This document shows positions 43,089 to 52,989 of a stretch of DNA of 64,000 nucleotides, in pieces. Numbering within the stretch: the stretch's first letter is position 1; each line of letters opens with the position of its first letter. A program made the translations under genes and the position numbers. Under the pieces are notes generated by a model. The model saw only the letters and a list, made by a program, of their open reading frames with translations. It did not search any database and was not told the DNA's origin. Origin of the DNA: Nitrosopumilaceae archaeon (lineage in GTDB: Archaea; Thermoproteota; Nitrososphaeria; Nitrososphaerales; Nitrosopumilaceae); assembly GCA_965209085.1 (NCBI GenBank), contig OZ242376.1, positions 1,248,001 to 1,312,000 of the forward strand. Direction: 5' to 3'.

Positions 43089-44063
43089 ATGGCTCAAACT
43101 CCGATCACAGTTGGTAGCATGTTTGCAGGTATAGGTGGAATCGATCTTGGATTTACAAGTGCAGGATTTACCATAAAATGGGCCAATGAGATCGATGATA
43201 AGTCATGTGCAACATATTCCAAAAATTTTGATCATAAAATGATGTGTGGTGATGTTACCGATCTAAAAACAGTGCCAAAAGTAGATGTCATTACTGCGGG
43301 TTTTCCGTGTCAACCATTTTCCATCGCGGGTAGAAAAATGGGCTTTGAAGATAATAGAGGTACTTTATTTTGGGAAATTTCTCGAATAATAAAATCTGTA
43401 AGACCAAAGGCTTTTCTTTTAGAAAATGTAAAAAATCTGAAAACACATGATCATGGTAGAACATTTAGCATAATATGCGATACATTGGAAAATGAACTAG
43501 GATACAGAGTATTTTCAAAGATTCTCAATGCTAAAAATTTTGGCGTTCCTCAAAATAGAGAAAGATTGGTTATTGTAGGATTTAGAAAAAATACAAAAAT
43601 CGATCATTTTGATTTTCCAGATTTAAAAATCAAGAACGTTAAATTGAAAGATGTCATGGAAAAAAATGTACCAGTTAATTTTTTCATATCAAAAAAACGA
43701 TATATTGGAATGAAAAGACACAAAAAAAGACATGAAAGCCTAGGTCATGGATTCGGATATCGTATATTAGATAAAAATGGTGTTGCTGGAACCATTGTTC
43801 TTGGAGGTATGGGTAAAGAGAGGAATTTGGTAATAGATAAAACATCATTTAGAAAATTAAAAAATACTCCAGAAATTGAATCAAAAACCGAAGATGCGGT
43901 AAGATATTTGACACCTAGAGAATATGCAAGATTGCAAGGGTTTTCAGATAATTACAAAATACCTGTTGCCAATATTTGGGGTTATAGACAATTTGCTAAC
44001 TCGGTGCCAGTCCCTATGATCAAAGCTGTTGCATGTGAAATGAGAAATTCACTTTGTGCTTAA
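43089..44063 (+). CDS. DNA (cytosine-5)-methyltransferase, M.HpaII-like
   Basis: FAGIGG, GFPCQPFS, ENV, QNRER, TPRE..RLQGF; variable region RHESLGHGFGY...IVLGGMGKERNLVID. Confidence 0.93.
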   Translation: MAQTPITVGSMFAGIGGIDLGFTSAGFTIKWANEIDDKSCATYSKNFDHKMMCGDVTDLKTVPKVDVITAGFPCQPFSIAGRKMGFEDNRGTLFWEISRIIKSVRPKAFLLENVKNLKTHDHGRTFSIICDTLENELGYRVFSKILNAKNFGVPQNRERLVIVGFRKNTKIDHFDFPDLKIKNVKLKDVMEKNVPVNFFISKKRYIGMKRHKKRHESLGHGFGYRILDKNGVAGTIVLGGMGKERNLVIDKTSFRKLKNTPEIESKTEDAVRYLTPREYARLQGFSDNYKIPVANIWGYRQFANSVPVPMIKAVACEMRNSLCA

Positions 44064-44719
44064 GATCTATATGCATATCCTGGACCTCCATCATGTTTTG
44101 GACCCATCCATTGTATGTCCATTCCTTTATCCCTTAGATATCTCACCGTTCTTGGCCAATCCCGGATGCCGCTTATCACAGCAAGTTTTGTTGGACTAAT
44201 TATCTTATTTTTTTGTGCTTTGAAATAAATTTCTAATTTTTTCATTCCAGTTGATTGTTCTTGCACGTTTTTCATTATCTCGATCTCCTCATCTGAAAAG
44301 AAATCACGTTTTCCATGATTGCACATTGAGCATAAAGTCCAAAGGTTTTCGATTTGATTAGGATCTCCATTTTTCTTATCCCATATATTCACAGGTATTT
44401 TATGATCAACCTCCAATTCTACATTAGGCGAGGATTTTCCACATTTTTGGCAAGTACTTTCATCTCTAGCCAGTATCAGGTATCTAGTTTTTTGATTAAT
44501 AGATTTTCTTTGAATACCTGATTTTTTTTCTAATGAATATAGAACATATCCTTTATTATTTTTTGATTCTATATCCCACCCTTCTTGTCTTAAAGTTCTA
44601 AGTACTCGTGCCCAGTCACTTATACCAACATTATTTCTTATTGTGTTATTATCAACAATTTTTCCAACATTATTTTTCAACATATCGAGTATTTTGTCTT
44701 TGCTAGATGGTTTTCTCAA
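44060..44719 (-). CDS. HNH endonuclease flanked by two winged-helix-like repeats (putative restriction enzyme)
   Basis: CQKC..EVDHKIP..NLWTLCSMCN; repeated GIxDWxRxxRxLRxxGxDI at both ends; stop overlaps the MTase stop. Confidence 0.85.
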   Translation of the reverse strand: MRKPSSKDKILDMLKNNVGKIVDNNTIRNNVGISDWARVLRTLRQEGWDIESKNNKGYVLYSLEKKSGIQRKSINQKTRYLILARDESTCQKCGKSSPNVELEVDHKIPVNIWDKKNGDPNQIENLWTLCSMCNHGKRDFFSDEEIEIMKNVQEQSTGMKKLEIYFKAQKNKIISPTKLAVISGIRDWPRTVRYLRDKGMDIQWMGPKHDGGPGYAYRS

Positions 44720-44956
44720 TATTCATTTTTAAAATATTTGTCATAAAACACTCGTACAGATATATCTACACGTATTCACTAAAAATAATTTGACTATATG
44801 TATAGACAGACACGTATATCATTAGATATGTAAAACAAAAATATCAATAGGGTCATTTACTAGAATAATGCTAGAATCATACGAATGGTTATCACCAATT
44901 TCTTCTATCACATTCCACCAATTAATTAATATCTAACATATGGAATTTAGATATCT

Positions 44957-45541
44957 ATGGGATATTCACATCATTGGGAAACTAAACAATTGATCCCCGA
45001 TAAAACATTTTCTTTAATACTACATGATGTTAAATTAATTCAGAAACCATTATTTGATATTGGGATTCCATTAGCTGGTCCGGATGGTACAGGGGATCCA
45101 ATTTTTAATAATGATGTGATATCATTTAATGGAATTGATAAATGCGGTCATACGGCAAAAGATCTTTTTTTAGCATGGCCATCTAAAAATGCACATGGAA
45201 TCTCTCTAGATAAAATACAACATGTACCCTCGGATACGCAAATTGATGCTAGAACATGTAATGGTAGTTGCATGTACGAATCATTTATTTTTAAAAAATA
45301 CAATCAATGCAGATCTCGAGAATTAAACTATGACGATTTAATATGTTTTAATTCATGTAAAACAGCTTTTAGACCATATGATATCGCAGTCATGACTATT
45401 TTGATAATTGCGAAACATTATCTAATTAACGATATACGAGTTATTAGTAATGGAGACATTACAAAATGGCATGATGCAATAATGATCGTAAATCATTTTT
45501 TAGAATATGGGAATGATTTTAAACTTGACAATAATGCTTGA
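44957..45541 (+). CDS. hypothetical protein of mobile-element type
   Basis: MGYSHHW start, FNG, CKTAFRPYD motif; AT-rich. Confidence 0.7.
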   Translation: MGYSHHWETKQLIPDKTFSLILHDVKLIQKPLFDIGIPLAGPDGTGDPIFNNDVISFNGIDKCGHTAKDLFLAWPSKNAHGISLDKIQHVPSDTQIDARTCNGSCMYESFIFKKYNQCRSRELNYDDLICFNSCKTAFRPYDIAVMTILIIAKHYLINDIRVISNGDITKWHDAIMIVNHFLEYGNDFKLDNNA

Positions 45542-45605
45542 ATCCATCATGCATTATAAATTGTGGATTATAAATTTAATTCCCCCAACCATTATTGGCC
45601 AATAA

Positions 45606-46273
45606 TTGAAGAAAGCGCTCAACATATTCAAATTTGCAGAAATCATTCAAAACAAGTCAAATGCGCGACAGTTTCTGTATGATGCATTTGATAAAAAGAA
45701 AACTATCCTCTGCCCACATTGTCGCTGCAAGGATTACTATACAATGACCAAGAGTTATCTACGGTGTACAAAATGCAGAAATGATTACAATCCACTCTAT
45801 GGCACATGGATTTATGAAATACGAATAGATGCGGCAAAATACGAGACATTGTATAAAGATCCGACGATGTGTGCATCGCATACGAGGTTACAATGGATAT
45901 ATTTTGATGCAAAAGCTAGGAAAAAAGCAAAACCAGAAGAATGTGATCTGCTGGTACAGGATGTCTTGACAATCGCATAATCCTACAAAAATGCTGGAAA
46001 ACAGTTTGGAGTAAAACTTGCCAATGCCGCACCCAATTTGTTTACATTCTTGCAGCATCTTGGAATGGCACCTACAAACAATGCAGCCGAGCGTGCAATA
46101 CGTCCTGTCGCACTATATCGCAAGGAAAAGGGAGGGCTGAAAAATGTAAAAGGCATGAGAAGGCTTGGCGTCATTCTGACCTTTTATGAGACCATGCGTA
46201 TGAGAGGCATCAATCCTCACACAGAATTGGTTAAAATCCTCTCAGAGAGGAGTTTGTAGGGCTAACCATTTAC
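45606..46273 (+). mobile_element. chimeric IS remnant: IS1595-like Zn-ribbon N-terminus joined to IS66 transposase C-terminus
   Basis: CPHC...LRCTKCR...GT; then PTNNAAERAIRPVALYRK; ends ...CATTTAC, like an IS66 GTAA terminus. Confidence 0.7.
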
Positions 46274-46307
46274 CTCAACTGTGCAATCGGTTTTTATGAG
46301 ATAAGAG

Positions 46308-47093
46308 ATGATTTACGCCACGGATACCTTACATGCAAAGATACTCGAGTCCATAAACGACGTCTGCGCCTCTAAAGAGGATCACATTGCGGTGGCATTT
46401 TCAGGAGGGGTTGACAGCTCACTATTAGCTGCAATATGCAGTGATGCAGGGTATAAGATTACTCTCCTTACGGTAGGATTTAGAGGATCACATGATGTGG
46501 AATTTGCATCCAAAGTAAGCAAAGAGTTGAACATGAAATGCAAAACACTGATTGTGGATGATGAGTCATTTGAGCAAATATCCAAGACTGTAATACTCAA
46601 GGTGCCAGAAGATAATATTTCATGGATTGAGAACTGTATTGCATTTTATTATGTCGCATCTTTGGCAAAAGATCTTGGCATATCAAAAATACTTACTGCA
46701 AACGGAATAGATGAGCTTTTTTGCGGATATGATGCATACCGCCGCATGGAGGATCAAAGTGAGGGTGCGATATTATCCGCAATGGATGCAAAAATAAAAA
46801 ACGAATTAAACATGGTGCAAAAAATCTCAGATATAGTGTACGGTATGGGCGTAAAAATAGTTCAGCCCCTGCTCTCGGAGAAATTTATCGCGTATGCAAG
46901 AGAACTTCCGCTAGAGTGCAAAATACGCGGTCCGGATGATATGCTGCGCAAACATGCAATAAGGGATCTTGCGTTAAAAATTGGCGTTCCTGAGATCTCT
47001 GCTAAAAAACGCAAAAAAGCGCTCCAATACGGAACCCTGATACACAAAAATCTGATAAAATCTAAATCTTTTTCCCGGTCGCGTGCAAGGTAG
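46308..47093 (+). CDS. asparagine synthase C-terminal domain protein
   Basis: AFSGGVDSS, NGIDELFCGY, RK..IR, KKALQYG. Confidence 0.88.
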   Translation: MIYATDTLHAKILESINDVCASKEDHIAVAFSGGVDSSLLAAICSDAGYKITLLTVGFRGSHDVEFASKVSKELNMKCKTLIVDDESFEQISKTVILKVPEDNISWIENCIAFYYVASLAKDLGISKILTANGIDELFCGYDAYRRMEDQSEGAILSAMDAKIKNELNMVQKISDIVYGMGVKIVQPLLSEKFIAYARELPLECKIRGPDDMLRKHAIRDLALKIGVPEISAKKRKKALQYGTLIHKNLIKSKSFSRSRAR

Positions 47094-48423
47094 ATTTTAC
47101 CACACTGCCGATTATGCGCGAGGATGCGCCAAGATGTTTCTGAGGATCAAAGATAGAATCAAGATCCCCCGAGGTTAGCTTTGAGGATATTTTTTTGTCG
47201 CGCTTTAGCGCATCAAGGTATTCGCTTTTGGATTCTGCAGCCTCAAAGGCAACCCTCTGTACGTCCCTGTATGCATCCATGCGCGGCATGCCTTTTTTTA
47301 TCAGCGCCTCTAGTACGAATTCGGCAAATATCTGCCCTTTTGTAACATACAGGTTTTCTTGTATGCGTTTTGAATTTACTTTGAGGTTTTTGAAAACCCG
47401 GATCATTGTATGGAGCATTTCATCGCATAGGATAATCGTCATAGGAATAAGAAATCTCTCGTTTGCAGAATTTGAGAGATCCCGCTCATGCCACAAGGGT
47501 ATGTTTTCAAGCGAGAGTTGTACCTGGGAGCGCAGTATGCGGGCAAGTGAGGATACGCGTTCGCTCTTTGTAGGGTTTCTTTTTACCGGAACAGCGCTGC
47601 TGCCCATCTGCCCGCGTGCAAAATATTCTGCAACCTCGCCAATTTCGGTTCGCTGCAGGTTGCGAATTTCAACGGCCATTTTATCCAGTGTTGTGCCAAC
47701 TAGCGCAAGTGAAAAAACAAATTCGGCATATCTTTCCCGCGGCACAACCTGTGTTGCCACGCGGATTGGTTCAAGTCCGAGTCTTTTTGCTGCAAGTTTT
47801 TGAACGAGTATTGAATTTGCACCCATTATGGAACCGGTTCCCACAACGCCCAGTGTTTTGCACACAAGTGTCCGCGGGCGCATTTGTTTTACACGTTGCA
47901 TGTGTTTTGCCATCTCCTCAGCCCAGTTTGCAAATTTTAGTCCAAATGACATGATGCTTGCATGCTGGCCGTGCGTTCTTCCCACTGCCGGCAGTTTGGC
48001 GTGTTTTAACGCCATGGATGCCAAAGTTTGTGCAAGAGTACTCATCTTTGGCTCTATTATGTCCAACGAGTCCCTCATCTGAAGCGAGTTGCTAGTATCC
48101 ACAAGATCGTTGCTTGTAAGACCGTAATGTACCCAGGGGCGCGCCTGTTTTGGGCAGCGCTCTGATAGCGCCTGAACCAGTGCTGCAGTGTCATGATCCG
48201 TTACAGATTCAATCTGTTTTACCCGCGATGCGGTTATTTTCCCGGATTTTGATGCAGATAAAATTGCACGCCCTGCCCCCTTTGGTATTATGTTCAAACT
48301 AGCCTGTGAAATTGCAACAGCCCCCTCTATTTGCAGCTGGTAGTTTATTTTTTGTTGTTCATCAAAGATTGCCAGCATTTCAGGCGTTCCGTATCTTTTG
48401 CCATCTATGGGGAGAATTGCCAT
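47062..48423 (-). CDS. purB: adenylosuccinate lyase
   Basis: HYGLTSND, GRTHGQHA, GSSAVPVKRNP, HERDLSNS; start at ATG 48423. Confidence 0.95.
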   Translation of the reverse strand: MAILPIDGKRYGTPEMLAIFDEQQKINYQLQIEGAVAISQASLNIIPKGAGRAILSASKSGKITASRVKQIESVTDHDTAALVQALSERCPKQARPWVHYGLTSNDLVDTSNSLQMRDSLDIIEPKMSTLAQTLASMALKHAKLPAVGRTHGQHASIMSFGLKFANWAEEMAKHMQRVKQMRPRTLVCKTLGVVGTGSIMGANSILVQKLAAKRLGLEPIRVATQVVPRERYAEFVFSLALVGTTLDKMAVEIRNLQRTEIGEVAEYFARGQMGSSAVPVKRNPTKSERVSSLARILRSQVQLSLENIPLWHERDLSNSANERFLIPMTIILCDEMLHTMIRVFKNLKVNSKRIQENLYVTKGQIFAEFVLEALIKKGMPRMDAYRDVQRVAFEAAESKSEYLDALKRDKKISSKLTSGDLDSIFDPQKHLGASSRIIGSVVKSTLHATGKKI

Positions 48424-48510
48424 ACAGTATATGTGGACATTATTGAAAATAAACCTACTTGCCGCCATCCTATATGATTTAAATTGGATACGGACGCCTT
48501 TTGACGCGTA

Positions 48511-49965
48511 ATGTACCACGGTGTTGCACCAAAAAAGGTTGGAGATACAGAATATGTCATAGAGCCAAACGCTGAAAATAAAATGAATGTTCCCGTTAGA
48601 ATATTTGCCGATGAGCAGCTCTTGTCCAAAATGCTCACGGATCGCACCATAATGCAGGCTACAAACGTTGCAGCAATGCCAGGAGTTGTGGGTCATGTGG
48701 CAGTGCTCCCCGACGGACATGAAGGGTATGGATTTCCCGTGGGCGGAGTTGCTGCAATGGACGCAGAGGAGGGTATGATTAGTCCCGGCGGCGTAGGATA
48801 CGACATAAACTGCGGAGTCCGATTGCTGCGCACCAATTTGGATGAGAAACAAGTTCGTCCCCGTCTTAAGGAACTTGTAACTGATTTGTTTTCCAGCATA
48901 CCCTCAGGAGTCGGCTCCAAAGGCGCCATAAGGCTCAGTTCTTCAGAGCTTGACGAGGTTCTCTCAAGAGGAGTAGGATGGGCAATGGATAACGGTTACG
49001 GACAAAAAGGCGATTCAGATGTATGCGAGGAAAACGGCCATATGAAAAACGCGGATCCGCATACGGTTTCAGATAGGGCAAGAAAACGCGGTGCGCCGCA
49101 GCTTGGAAGTTTGGGTTCGGGCAATCACTTTCTAGAGATACAAAAGGTGGATGAGATTCACGACAAAGATGCCGCAGCCAAGATGGGAATAACTCACACA
49201 GGACAGATTACTGTTCTGACACACTGCGGTTCGCGCGGACTTGGCCATCAGGTATGCAGCGATTATCTGCGCATTTCAGAGCAGGCTCTTGGACGTTACA
49301 GAATAAATCTTGCAGATAAGGAGCTTGCATGCGTTCCAAACGGTTCAGATGAGGGCGAATCATACAGACGTGCAATGTTTTCAGCGCTAAACTATGCGTG
49401 GGGTAACAGGCAAATGATCTCCCACTGGACACGCAAATCATTTGAGCGCGTCATGAGATCATCTGAAAGTGATCTTGGTATGGATCTTGTATACGATGTA
49501 TCGCACAATATTGCAAAAATTGAAGAGCACCGCATAGACGGCAGACGGCGCCGCGTAGTGGTGCACAGAAAAGGGGCCACACGGGCGTTTCCTTCCGGCA
49601 TGGACGAGGTGTCTGCAAAATACCGCTCTATCGGACAGCCAGTATTCATACCAGGTTCCATGGGAACTGCAAGCTGGATACTAATTGGAAAACCCGGTTC
49701 CATGGAGCACACATTTGGGTCCACGGCGCACGGAGCTGGCCGTACAATGTCCCGCTCCAAAGCAAGGCGCCAGTACACCGAAGAGGGAGTCAAAAAAGCG
49801 CTAGACTCTAACGGAATTTTTGTAAAATCACTCACCCGCGAGGGCGTAGTGGAGGAAGCGCCCGGCGCCTACAAGGATGTGGATAAGATAGCAGAGATTT
49901 CGCACACAATGGGAATTGCTACAAAGGTTGCAAGGCTTGTTCCAATTGGAGTGATAAAAGGTTGA
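48511..49965 (+). CDS. rtcB: RNA-splicing ligase RtcB
   Basis: PDGHEGYGFPVG, YDINCG, GNHF, HN, HRKGA, HGAGR. Confidence 0.96.
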   Translation: MYHGVAPKKVGDTEYVIEPNAENKMNVPVRIFADEQLLSKMLTDRTIMQATNVAAMPGVVGHVAVLPDGHEGYGFPVGGVAAMDAEEGMISPGGVGYDINCGVRLLRTNLDEKQVRPRLKELVTDLFSSIPSGVGSKGAIRLSSSELDEVLSRGVGWAMDNGYGQKGDSDVCEENGHMKNADPHTVSDRARKRGAPQLGSLGSGNHFLEIQKVDEIHDKDAAAKMGITHTGQITVLTHCGSRGLGHQVCSDYLRISEQALGRYRINLADKELACVPNGSDEGESYRRAMFSALNYAWGNRQMISHWTRKSFERVMRSSESDLGMDLVYDVSHNIAKIEEHRIDGRRRRVVVHRKGATRAFPSGMDEVSAKYRSIGQPVFIPGSMGTASWILIGKPGSMEHTFGSTAHGAGRTMSRSKARRQYTEEGVKKALDSNGIFVKSLTREGVVEEAPGAYKDVDKIAEISHTMGIATKVARLVPIGVIKG

Positions 49966-50357
49966 GCGCCGATGATGAGCTTGAAAGGCTAAATGCAAGG
50001 CGTCTTGCAGAAATGAAAAAAAACATGGCACAAAAAGAGCATACCAGCCAGGAATCCAAAAAACCCCAGAAAACTCCCAGGGATGTTTTGATATCGCGTC
50101 TTGGATATAGGGGTCTTGAAGTTTTAGAGAATGCAGAATATCAGTATCCCCAACAGGTTCCGTTCATAATCATAAAAATTGCAGAACTGATAAATTCAGG
50201 TGAGATGCCCGAGGTGATGGATGGCGGCGGATTGTTGTCACTGTTTCGCGCCATAGGATTAAACGTGCACATGGATACAAAGATAAACGTGGAAAAAGAC
50301 GGCAAGTTTGTATCACTTTCTGAAAAACTTAATACTTCAAAAAAAGATGATGTGTAA
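49962..50357 (+). CDS. PDCD5-like dsDNA-binding protein
   Basis: D.ELE.L..RRLAE N-terminus; helical. Confidence 0.7.
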   Translation: MSADDELERLNARRLAEMKKNMAQKEHTSQESKKPQKTPRDVLISRLGYRGLEVLENAEYQYPQQVPFIIIKIAELINSGEMPEVMDGGGLLSLFRAIGLNVHMDTKINVEKDGKFVSLSEKLNTSKKDDV

Positions 50358-50666
50358 ATGACCATATCCATACAGGCCAGCACGACTACGTACGAGGAAG
50401 ATTCCATACATGTGAAAAAAGCGATTGCAAACATGTCATCATTGTGCGGAGATCCGTCAGGATATGAGATAGGCAAACCGTCCACCAAATTTGGATGGAC
50501 GTTTTACACGATACATTTGGAGAATGAATTGTTTTTGGGAATAAAGTCAAAGTTTGGCGACATGATAAAAAAAGGCCGCAACGATGACGAGGGATTTATT
50601 TATTTTATGACAGAGTATCTTGAAGCGCGAAATATCAAAGTTAAACTAAAACTATTGTCAAACTAG
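50358..50666 (+). CDS. hypothetical protein
   Basis: 102-aa ORF abutting the previous gene. Confidence 0.65.
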   Translation: MTISIQASTTTYEEDSIHVKKAIANMSSLCGDPSGYEIGKPSTKFGWTFYTIHLENELFLGIKSKFGDMIKKGRNDDEGFIYFMTEYLEARNIKVKLKLLSN

Positions 50667-51250
50667 ACTCTTCTGCCACGTTTGCCGCCTTTTTTACGCG
50701 TTGTATCATGGGGTATTGGCGTAACATCGTCTATGCGTCCGATTTTAAATCCGCCTCTTGCCAAAGCACGTATTGCAGCCTGCGCTCCAGGTCCTGGAAC
50801 TCTAGAACCTACTCCGCCCACGGCCCGGACTCGGATGTGAAATGCCGTAAATCCCTTTGTACGCGAAGATTCTATTACAGCGTTTGCAGCTTTCATTGCA
50901 GCAAACGGCGATGACTCGTATCTGTCTGCTGTCACATGCATTCCACCGGAGCTAATCGATACTGTTTCAGCACCGGTAAGGTCAGTCATGTGGATAATTG
51001 TATTATTGTAACTGCTAAAGATGTGGGCAATTCCCCATTTTTCCTTTGTTTTTGTCGGGTCACTTTCATCGGATTCAGGTTCTGTCTCATTTAGAATGGA
51101 TTCGGCAGTTTCACCCTCCTCCATGATTGATTCAACCTCTTGAGGCTTGGCCACTTTTGGATCTTTCAAGACTTGGGGTTTGGCTATTTTTGGATCTTCC
51201 AAGACCTGTGGCGTTACATTTTCAGTTGAATTCGAAGTTGTCTCTGACAC
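50663..51250 (-). CDS. rps11: 30S ribosomal protein uS11 with acidic N-terminal extension
   Basis: [36 protein letters not shown]. Confidence 0.96.
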   Translation of the reverse strand: MSETTSNSTENVTPQVLEDPKIAKPQVLKDPKVAKPQEVESIMEEGETAESILNETEPESDESDPTKTKEKWGIAHIFSSYNNTIIHMTDLTGAETVSISSGGMHVTADRYESSPFAAMKAANAVIESSRTKGFTAFHIRVRAVGGVGSRVPGPGAQAAIRALARGGFKIGRIDDVTPIPHDTTRKKGGKRGRRV

Positions 51251-51454
51251 TGTAATTTTGGCTCAAATAGGGTCTTAAATAACGTTTCATTAAGACTTTA
51301 TCGGCAATTATGCTGTTCCTGTAATTCAAAGCATGCCTATAGGAAATCAGGCTTGTTGCATTATCGTGATCTATCTATGCTTGAAATACGGATCTGTAGA
51401 ATTGAGGGGTTGAGATGATGCCATATATGCAATCGATCAGTTATGAGTAAAAAT

Positions 51455-51529
51455 GTACAAAATCATCACTTGTGCCATCTTTACCCACATTTTCATTTAT
51501 TGTGTAAATTCTAGGCACAACGGGACATC
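51455..51529 (+). repeat. short dispersed repeat family B, copy 1 (degenerate)
   Basis: Aligns over ~75 bp with the reverse complement of 54720-54796. Confidence 0.8.
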
Positions 51530-51567
51530 TAAAAAATATATAGATGGTATAAAGTAAAAGTATCAAG

Positions 51568-51660
51568 ATGACATCAGAGCAGGATAAAAAACTAGACGAG
51601 GCAATGGACAAAGTACTAGACAGGTATCATATGGTATTTGAAAGATTATCTAAAATGTAA
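51568..51660 (+). CDS. 30-aa putative minimal antitoxin of a Doc/Fic toxin (not in ORF track)
   Basis: MTSEQDKKLDEAMDKVLDRYHMVFERLSKM*; TAATG overlap with the doc-like ORF. Confidence 0.55.
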   Translation: MTSEQDKKLDEAMDKVLDRYHMVFERLSKM

Positions 51661-51841
51661 TGTCACCTAATTTTATTATTTCAATTCATAAAAAAATCCA
51701 AAAACGTTTTTCGATTACTGCAGGTATAATGAGTCATGGGAATTTACAAAATGTTGCAGATATGCCAGACAGATATGTTAATGGTGTGGAACAATTTGAT
51801 ACAGTATTCAAAAAAGCTGCATCCTTGACCGAATCTATTAT
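51660..51841 (+). pseudogene. Fic/Doc family toxin, truncated by IS3 insertion before the catalytic HPF motif
   Basis: IISIHKKI...GI...GNL....P......F..VFKKAASL..SII, then the IS3 terminus. Confidence 0.75.
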
Positions 51842-51915
51842 TGGTGCGGACCCCTGTACAATGAGGTGGTATGTACGAAAAAATCAAAAAGCCCTCAAAC
51901 CACGAAAAAGACAAT

Positions 51916-51993
51916 AGACCTCATACATAATCATTAAAATCAGTCATTTTTATTCGTAAAAATTGTGAATTTGGTCCATTATGCATGAAGTCT
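51916..51993 (+). mobile_element. 78-bp MITE family A, copy 1
   Basis: TIRs AGACCTCATACATAAT / ATTATGCATGAAGTCT; 3-bp TSD AAT. Confidence 0.88.
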
Positions 51994-51994
51994 A

Positions 51995-52987
51995 ATGATG
52001 TACACGGCAATGGATTTGAGTCAAAAATCAATACAGATCGCCGCTAGAAACAGCCAGGGAAAATTTGTTAAAGAATGTAAAATTGATAAAAATGCAAACT
52101 TGTTGTTAGATGTTCTAAAAGGATTGGGCAAGAAAAACACCATAAAGATTGTCATGGAGTCCAGATATAATCACCAGTATCCATACAAACTGTTGCGTGA
52201 ACTTGGATACGATGCTATCATAGCACAACCGTTTATGGTAAAGGCCATTGCATATGCTAAAGTTAAAACCGATAAAGTAGACGCAAGAATGCTAGCAAAC
52301 CTGCTTGCAGCAGAATTGATTCCAGAGGCATATATTCCTGAAACAGAAATTCAGGATTTACGTGATCTGGTTAGAAGTAGACTTGGACTTGTACGTGAAC
52401 GTGTTCATAAAAACAAGATAAAAGCAGATTTAGCAAAAAGATGGATAACAATTAACGTGTCAACCCAAATGATTCTTGGGCAAAAATGCTTACGAGAATT
52501 AAACATATGGTCAATAAACGATTAACTAAACGTTATTTCGTTCCTAAATGACAGGATTTACCAATTGGATCTTCGAATACGTAAAAAAGCAGAAAATAAC
52601 AAATATGCCAAGATTCTCATGACCATACTGGGAATATCATACTATTCGGCACTTTCTATATCCGCAGAGATTGCAGACATTGACAGATTTGAAAACCATG
52701 AACACTTGTGTTCATATGCACGATTGGTTCCAAGAGTGTATCAATCTAGGGAAAAGCTAAAGATGTGTGCTGCAGGAAAACGTGGAAGTCAAATACTCAG
52801 CTGGATGACTGTACAATGCATGTTTGTTCACATAAAAAATTGTCCAAATTCGGCAATTACCATACACTACAACAAGATAGCGGAAAGACGCAACAAGTCA
52901 AAGGTAAAGATCGCAGCGGCTAGAAAGATGATGAAAATCATCCATGTAATGCTAAAAGAAAACACATCTTTTAGACACGATGGATAA
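51995..52987 (+). pseudogene. IS110 DEDD recombinase with one in-frame stop (52523-52525)
   Basis: AMDL, VMES, KTDKVDA, SYARL.P..YQS, AAARK; both ORF pieces are in the same frame. Confidence 0.9.
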
Positions 52988-52989
52988 GT

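Noticed and set aside
48424-48852. Long N-terminal extension of purB in the ORF track (similarly aroE, galT, eIF5A, hemL, cobA)
   Set aside because: Extensions overlap neighbouring genes or promoters and lack homology; real starts are downstream
48511-49965. RtcB as part of a novel RNA-repair or defence system
   Set aside because: Core-like composition and housekeeping context; no intein, and no Ro/Y-RNA or RtcR neighbour
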